Shown here piece after piece: positions 52,331 through 57,684 of a DNA stretch of 57,684 nucleotides. The notes beneath the pieces were generated by a model. It made no database searches and was not told the origin of the DNA. It saw only the letters and a program-made list of their open reading frames with translations. The stretch's first letter is position 1; the number at the start of each line of letters is the position of its first letter. The translations under genes and the position numbers were made by a program. The DNA is from Candidatus Doudnabacteria bacterium (GTDB taxonomy: Bacteria; Patescibacteriota; Doudnabacteria; UBA920), in assembly GCA_038230955.1 (NCBI GenBank), contig JBBRMG010000003.1:1-57684 (forward strand), read 5' to 3'.

Positions 52331-53014
52331 ATGTCACACACATCCAAGAGAGTCAAAGCCAACGGAGAATCCGTAGACAAAGATAAAGTTTACACGGTTG
52401 AGGAAGCCATTGAATTAGCTAAGAAAACCGCTACTACTAAATTTGTCGGTTCCATCGAACTCCATATTAAGACCAACATTGACCCAAAGAAGACCGACCA
52501 AGCTATTCGCGGCGCAGTCACCCTGCCTCACGGTACTGGTAAAACCAAGCGCATTGCCGCTTTTGTAACGGAAACTCGGGAGAAAGAAGCTAAGGATGCC
52601 GGTGCCACTATTGTTGGGGGAGAAGAGATGATTAAGGGGATTAAAGAATCTGGAAAAACCGATTTTGATGTCGCCGTTGCAGAACCAGCAATCATGGCCA
52701 AATTAGCCCAGATTGCTAAAATTCTTGGTACGCGCGGCCTCATGCCTAACCCTAAGACTGGTACTGTATCAGAAAACATTGCCGCAGCTATTAAAGAAAT
52801 TGCCGGTGGTCGTGTGAACTTCAAAAATGATGACTCTGGCAACGTTCATCAGCCAATTGGCAAAACTAGTTTTGATTCCGCCCAAATTGCTGAAAACCTT
52901 AAGGTTTTTATTTCAGCAGTGCAAACTTCCAAACCTATTACCGTAAAGAAGCAGCTGATTGCTAGTGTCAGCATTAACTCTACTATGGGTCCTGGCATCC
53001 GTGTTAAAGTTTAA
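52331..53014 (+). CDS. rplA: 50S ribosomal protein L1
   Basis: RGAVTLPHGTGK, LGTRGLMPNPKTGTV, STMGPG. Confidence 0.98.
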   Translation: MSHTSKRVKANGESVDKDKVYTVEEAIELAKKTATTKFVGSIELHIKTNIDPKKTDQAIRGAVTLPHGTGKTKRIAAFVTETREKEAKDAGATIVGGEEMIKGIKESGKTDFDVAVAEPAIMAKLAQIAKILGTRGLMPNPKTGTVSENIAAAIKEIAGGRVNFKNDDSGNVHQPIGKTSFDSAQIAENLKVFISAVQTSKPITVKKQLIASVSINSTMGPGIRVKV

Positions 53015-53041
53015 TCTTTTACATTTATCTAAAAAACCAAA

Positions 53042-53650
53042 ATGATTCTTTCAGACCGCGACATTAAAAAGGCCATTGCCGACAAACGAATTATCATCAC
53101 CCCAAAACCAGACTACAACGTCCAATTGGGGGCTTGTAGTATCGACTTGCATCTCGACAATAAATTCAGAGTGTTCCATAACTCCAAGTATCCCTACATT
53201 GATTTGCGGAACCCAGTGGACATGAGCAAGATTATGGAAGAGCGGATTCTTAAAAAAGATGAGCCATTCATAATGCAGCCAGGGGACTTCGCTTTAGTGA
53301 CGACCGTAGAGAATTTGGAAATTTCCAATGACTTGTTGGGCCGGATTGAAGGCCGATCTTCTTTAGGGCGGCTTGGTATTATAGTTCACGGCACCGCTTC
53401 TATATTTGATCCCGGTTGGATAGGGAAGCCAACCATGGAGCTGGGTAACCTTGGCACTATGCCCGTAGCTTTGTACCCGGGAATGCGTATTTGTGCTTTT
53501 ACTTTTGAAGAAGTATCGAGTCCGGTAGAAGTACCGTATCGTGACAAGAAGAATAACAAGTACGCTGGACAGACTGATCCGCGGGCTTCTAGACTGAACG
53601 AAGAAATGAGTAAAGGCAGATCTAAGAGTACGACCAAGCGCAAAAATTAA
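53042..53650 (+). CDS. dcd: dCTP deaminase
   Basis: MILSDRDI, SIDLHL, EGRSSLGRLG, DPGWIG, LYPGMRIC. Confidence 0.95.
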   Translation: MILSDRDIKKAIADKRIIITPKPDYNVQLGACSIDLHLDNKFRVFHNSKYPYIDLRNPVDMSKIMEERILKKDEPFIMQPGDFALVTTVENLEISNDLLGRIEGRSSLGRLGIIVHGTASIFDPGWIGKPTMELGNLGTMPVALYPGMRICAFTFEEVSSPVEVPYRDKKNNKYAGQTDPRASRLNEEMSKGRSKSTTKRKN

Positions 53651-53661
53651 TTATACAAACC

Positions 53662-53688
53662 AAAACCGCTCCACAGGGAGCGGTTTTT
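53662..53688. terminator. Bidirectional terminator
   Basis: AAAACCGCTCC-ACAG-GGAGCGGTTTT. Confidence 0.82.
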
Positions 53689-53798
53689 ATTTTGCTTCAA
53701 ACCATTGTGATTTTATAAAGCGTGACCTGATATCTATATAAAGATTAGGCTATATATTAACTGATGTCAATACTATATTATAAAATCTTTCTAAAATC

Positions 53799-53870
53799 TG
53801 GTGGACCTGAGGGGAGTTACACCCCTGAAGCACAGATATCAAGCCAGGCTTCGACAATTGGCCCAGGCCC
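53799..53870 (-). ncRNA. 72-nt tRNA-like RNA resembling the tmRNA tRNA-like domain
   Basis: GGGCCTG/CAGGTCC acceptor with G3:U70, discriminator A and CCA; T stem AGGGG/CCCCT with loop TGTAACT; no D stem; GAAGC/GCTTC helix. Confidence 0.7.
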
Positions 53871-53880
53871 CCAGAAATTA

Positions 53881-53889
53881 ACCATAGCA
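53881..53889 (-). promoter_or_regulatory. Extended -10 promoter for the tRNA-like RNA
   Basis: TGCTATGGT, ending 10 nt upstream of G1. Confidence 0.5.
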
Positions 53890-54057
53890 AAACACAGTTC
53901 ACCAAAAGTTAAATGAAAAGTCAATTCCAAATAAAAACAGAAGGGCGGCGAATTTTACTCTTATTGATATAGCAATCATTGACACTTAATTAAATCCATA
54001 GTACATTGGGGGTATTCTTATTGACGCGTAAATCAGATTTACGTAGAAATAGAAAAT

Positions 54058-54411
54058 ATGACGAAATCACAGGAGAGAGTTATGCTTTTTGAAAGAAATA
54101 TTGATGACACAACCGGTGCTATCATGATGGTCGTGTTCATTACCGTATTCATTGTAGTTTTATTCTGGCTCCGTAGAATTCGACGAAACCCCAAGCCGGG
54201 ATCGACCAGTCCATTTGTCGATGGCGATAATTCAGGCCTGAGTCAACTTGTCGATGACGACGATTCCAGCCTTAATGGAACTAGTCCAAAAGAACCGATA
54301 CCGCATTCTCCCGACCCGGTCTACACGGATTTTGTGAACAGCGGTTCGCGCTTAGGCCAACAGCCAGCGCAAAAACGAGGTCCACCTCTCAGCACAGAGA
54401 AAGACGATTAA
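54058..54411 (+). CDS. Hypothetical single-TM protein with a disordered tail
   Basis: TM AIMMVVFITVFIVVLFWL; terminator follows. Confidence 0.6.
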   Translation: MTKSQERVMLFERNIDDTTGAIMMVVFITVFIVVLFWLRRIRRNPKPGSTSPFVDGDNSGLSQLVDDDDSSLNGTSPKEPIPHSPDPVYTDFVNSGSRLGQQPAQKRGPPLSTEKDD

Positions 54412-54434
54412 CACTGCGGCCACATATAACGTAG

Positions 54435-54509
54435 CAGCGAAGTTTCCCTAGGAGCTTCGCTGATTTTTTTTATACCAAAAACTGCCTCGAATGGTGAGGC
54501 AGTTTTTTT
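54435..54509. terminator. Two tandem terminator hairpins between convergent genes
   Basis: CAGCGAAG/CTTCGCTG with a T-tract; AAAAACTGCCTC/GAGGCAGTTTTT. Confidence 0.75.
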
Positions 54510-54614
54510 CAAACCAAATTACTTACCTTTTTTTGGTTTCTTCTTTTCTTTTTTTTGAGAATTGTTGCCTTTGGCCATATGTTTATATTACTTTTAGTTA
54601 GTATACATTAAATC

Positions 54615-55571
54615 TTACCCTTCAAACAATCCACCAGCCACTGTCAGCTCGCCTCTCAAGCCAGGATGCGGATCATAACCCTCTAAAATGGCATACTCGG
54701 GGCGGAAGTCATCTATATCTTGCACGCTCGGGTCAATCTTTAAAGTCGGAAAAGGTTTAGGCTCACGAGACAACTGGTCTTTCACTTGCTCCATGTGATT
54801 TTCATAAATATGCGCGTCTCCAAACGTATGAACAAATTCACCGGGCTGATAACCCGTCACTTGCGCCAGAATTATAGTCAGCAGGGCGTAACTAGCAATG
54901 TTAAATGGCACACCCAAGAATAAGTCAGCACTACGCTGATACAACTGTAAATTCAATTTGCCCTCTTTCATACTAATCTGATACATGTTATGACAAATAG
55001 GGAAGCGGGATGCATCTTCATTTGTCGCCATGGTATAGAGATATTCCGGGTTCCAGGAATTGACGATTAAATTACGCGCATCGGGATCATCTTTTAACTC
55101 CTGAATAACCCACTTCAATTGGTCAACGGTACGGTCAGTGCGAGTGGGCCAACGACGCCACATTTCACCGTAAATTCGTTTTAATTCGCCGTATTTTAAA
55201 GCGAACTGTTCATCGTCCACAATTTTTTGAACAAAGTCATGTTTGGTCATTGTTGGGACAGATCCTTGCTCCGCCAATTTGTTGTACATCTTAAACGGGT
55301 AGTCGTTCCAAATATGCACGCCATTTTGGGCCAGGTACCTAATATTGGATTGCCCTGACATGAACCAGTACAACTCTTGCAATACGCCCTTCCAGTAAAC
55401 ACGCTTAGTCGTTAACAACGGAAACCCTTTAGATAAGTCGTAGCGAGTCTGACGACCAAACACACTGTACGATACAGCGCCGGTACCACGATCGACATTT
55501 TTAATGCCATGCTCCTGCACTTCTTTTAACAAATTGAGATATTGAAACTCCGGGTGATTTTGGTCTGACAT
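54615..55571 (-). CDS. thyA: Thymidylate synthase
   Basis: DRGTG, FPLLTTKRVYW, ELYWF, PICH, YQRSADLFLGVPFNIASY, GDAHIYENH. Confidence 0.97.
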   Translation of the reverse strand: MSDQNHPEFQYLNLLKEVQEHGIKNVDRGTGAVSYSVFGRQTRYDLSKGFPLLTTKRVYWKGVLQELYWFMSGQSNIRYLAQNGVHIWNDYPFKMYNKLAEQGSVPTMTKHDFVQKIVDDEQFALKYGELKRIYGEMWRRWPTRTDRTVDQLKWVIQELKDDPDARNLIVNSWNPEYLYTMATNEDASRFPICHNMYQISMKEGKLNLQLYQRSADLFLGVPFNIASYALLTIILAQVTGYQPGEFVHTFGDAHIYENHMEQVKDQLSREPKPFPTLKIDPSVQDIDDFRPEYAILEGYDPHPGLRGELTVAGGLFEG

Positions 55572-55572
55572 T

Positions 55573-56253
55573 TTATTCTATATTAAATACTTTATCTGTT
55601 CCGTAGTAATCTTGCCAATTATTATTGTAATAATCAAACATGCGCGCTAATCGATCTTGTGGCAATTCAACTACTCCGAGTTCTGTCATCATAACGCGCA
55701 AACTTTCCTTCATGAAGTCAGCTGTGTCGGGATCCTCCGCCACCAGCTCAAACTCTGCTAAATAGCCGTATCCGGCGTTTTTATCAATACTTACGGCTAC
55801 ATCTTTGTATATATATTCTTCGCGAGCCCGAGACCATTTGGCCTGATACTGAAACCCGGAGTCCAAAAGAATTTGATCCAGTTGTTCAAGCGATAACCCG
55901 GCCATTTGGTTTTCAAACTCAAGACGGGCGGTGCCATTTGAGCTAGTAGTGTCATCTATAGATGCTTTCAACACAAAAATCACCCGGCCATCGGCCCAAC
56001 GAGTGCGAACTGAAAAATCTTTCACGTCGTTGACGATTTTTTCCAGCTGATCGACTTTATCAGCTGGGAGATAGGGGAGTAGCGCACCGCTAAGTTTGCC
56101 CAAATCACCACCAGAAAAATAATGGTTCAGCTGAGTATGAGAACTCTTATGGACAAGTTTCGAGTCTTTTTGTCGCATGACGTCTTTCAGTTTTTCCGCG
56201 TTTGCTTTGCTACCCAATAACGTCTTTATTTCAATTTCATAGGAGTGATTCAT
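55573..56253 (-). CDS. CYTH (triphosphate tunnel metalloenzyme) domain protein
   Basis: N-terminal EIEIK, VRTR, REEY, IDKNAGYGYLAEFE. Confidence 0.8.
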   Translation of the reverse strand: MNHSYEIEIKTLLGSKANAEKLKDVMRQKDSKLVHKSSHTQLNHYFSGGDLGKLSGALLPYLPADKVDQLEKIVNDVKDFSVRTRWADGRVIFVLKASIDDTTSSNGTARLEFENQMAGLSLEQLDQILLDSGFQYQAKWSRAREEYIYKDVAVSIDKNAGYGYLAEFELVAEDPDTADFMKESLRVMMTELGVVELPQDRLARMFDYYNNNWQDYYGTDKVFNIE

Positions 56254-56281
56254 GTATTATTTATACCATGAAAATGGGCAT

Positions 56282-56322
56282 AAAAAAAGACCGGGATTCG
56301 CAAAAAAATAAGCGAAGCCCGG
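56282..56322 (-). terminator. Intrinsic terminator on the minus strand, upstream of the CYTH gene
   Basis: CCGGG-CTTCGC...GCGAAT-CCCGG followed by TCTTTTTTT. Confidence 0.7.
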
Positions 56323-56687
56323 CTATCTGCCGCTGAAAAATCACTTGTGTTAAATGATCATCAATATTTGTAGCACCGTACCCGAGGTTGTATGGGGCAG
56401 CCCTGGCGCCGCCACTTCATCCACCGCCAGGGTGGAACGCATCGGACCCACATCACGATAAGGATTACACCCAAGAAGATTGGTGCAAACAGGGGGGCAA
56501 CAAAGCCGCCCAACAAGGTCAGAACTAACGAGCGATCTGCCTCAAGGTAATGCCAGTCTCCCTCGGCCTAGAGCTGTTAACTCCTGCCGAGGCGGTTACA
56601 AAGTGTTTCCAAGGTCATGTCGTCTAGAGGGACATAATGGGATCGTTCATAATCCCCAAAGCCCACACATTTTGCTATAATAGCTTT

Positions 56688-57239
56688 ATGTCTACTATAA
56701 TTGCGGTCCTTGGGGAGAAACTGTCAGGCAAAGATACTATCGCCCAATACCTCGTCGATACCCGAGGCGCTTTTCATACGCGTTTCAGCGAAATTCTCGA
56801 CGAAATTTTAGCCCTGCTTAATCTACCGGTAATCCGGCGCAATGAAAACGATCTTGGCTATGCGCTCCGAGAATATTTTGGCACAAGAGTATTGTCTGAC
56901 GCCTTAATGCATCGGGTTAAAAATTCTCAGGCCGACCTTATTGTCATGAACAGCTTCAGATTTCAAGAAGAGCTTGACGCCGCAAAATCTCTTGGGGCTA
57001 AAGTTATTTACGTCACGGCACCAAAAGATGTCCGCTTCCAACGCACCCACAACCGCACCGAAAAAGGAGACGCAGAACAATCTCGCGATGTGTTTGATCA
57101 ACAGGAAAAAGAAATATACGAGTCTAATATTCCCGCTTTAGGCGCCCAAGCCGATTATAAAATTGAAAATTCTGGCACGCTGGAAGATTTATACAAACAG
57201 ATCGATACTATTTTAGAACAGATAACCGCAACCGAATGA
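56688..57239 (+). CDS. P-loop nucleotide kinase (dNMP kinase/dephospho-CoA kinase-like)
   Basis: GEKLSGKDT Walker A, FRFQEE, RFQRTHNR; ATG 56688. Confidence 0.8.
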   Translation: MSTIIAVLGEKLSGKDTIAQYLVDTRGAFHTRFSEILDEILALLNLPVIRRNENDLGYALREYFGTRVLSDALMHRVKNSQADLIVMNSFRFQEELDAAKSLGAKVIYVTAPKDVRFQRTHNRTEKGDAEQSRDVFDQQEKEIYESNIPALGAQADYKIENSGTLEDLYKQIDTILEQITATE

Positions 57240-57684
57240 CTTTAATTAGCAAACTCAAAAGCAAAAAAGTAGCCAAGAAGAAGGTTGAACCCGGCAAATT
57301 AATCGTGCTCGATGGCACCGATGGCGCCGGCAAATCCACTCAAACAGAACTCCTCATAGAAACACTCCGCCTCAATGGTTTTAAAGTGGAGATAGCTAAA
57401 TTTCCCCAGTACGGCAAATTATCGGCCGGGCCAGTCGAAACGTATCTTAATGGTGAGTATGGGACTAATCTCAACCCTCGAGCTGCTTCGCTGTTTTACG
57501 CCATTGACCGCTTCGACGCCAGTTCTAAAATTCGCCAGTGGTTAGTAGAAGGGAAAATTGTTATCAGTGATCGCTATGTCACCGCCAATGCCGGACATCA
57601 AGGTGGCAAGATTACGGACAAATATGACCGGCTCAAATTTTACAAATGGCTGGACGACCTAGAGTACAATATTTTGGGCATTCC
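57236..57684 (+). CDS. tmk: Thymidylate kinase (partial, runs off the window end)
   Basis: Frame from ATG 57236: LIVLDGTDGAGKSTQ, FPQYG, LFYAIDR, VISDRYV; ATGA overlap with the previous gene. Confidence 0.92.
   Translation, partial: MTLISKLKSKKVAKKKVEPGKLIVLDGTDGAGKSTQTELLIETLRLNGFKVEIAKFPQYGKLSAGPVETYLNGEYGTNLNPRAASLFYAIDRFDASSKIRQWLVEGKIVISDRYVTANAGHQGGKITDKYDRLKFYKWLDDLEYNILGI

Noticed and set aside
53799-53870. Ordinary tRNA-Ser(TGA) or tRNA-Ala, or half of a permuted tmRNA
   Set aside because: No D stem, no long variable arm, U at position 37 and a non-canonical T loop; segment order is 5' then 3', opposite to permuted genes.
56340-56640. RNase P RNA, SRP RNA, cobalamin riboswitch or group II intron
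   Set aside because: The hallmark motifs (GAGGAAAGTCC, the SRP GGAA-loop helix, B12 box, domain V) were not found on either strand.

Overview
Intact chromosomal segment of a reduced-genome bacterium. Gene content points to CPR/Patescibacteria (Parcubacteria-like); this is inferred, not searched. TGA acts as a stop, so the code is 11. Core content: a cell-wall cluster (D,D-carboxypeptidase, mraY, murD, ftsW, murJ), lepA, a complete F-type ATP synthase operon, a short CCA-adding enzyme, five tRNA genes, rmuC, a UvrD-nuclease fusion, xseAB, a single-chain PheRS, gyrB, secE-nusG-rplK and rplA, and dcd/thyA/tmk. Parasitic elements: a 345-nt group I intron at U33 of initiator tRNA-fMet, a free-standing LAGLIDADG gene inside the same tRNA cluster, and a 434-aa HNH intein in GyrB. 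The strongest candidates for something new are (i) a 1676-aa protein just downstream of tRNA-Asp, built of ten variable ~64-aa helical repeats, an intact SNF2 ATPase and a C-terminal SAM methyltransferase fold, and (ii) a 72-nt promoter-flanked RNA on the minus strand that looks like the alanine-accepting tRNA-like domain of tmRNA with no mRNA part. Other features missing from the ORF track: a 50-aa histone-H1-like gene, a duplicated tRNA-Gly 3' end, a hairpin-rich ~280-nt intergenic region, and many apparently leaderless genes. All family assignments come from motif recognition by eye; no database search was run.
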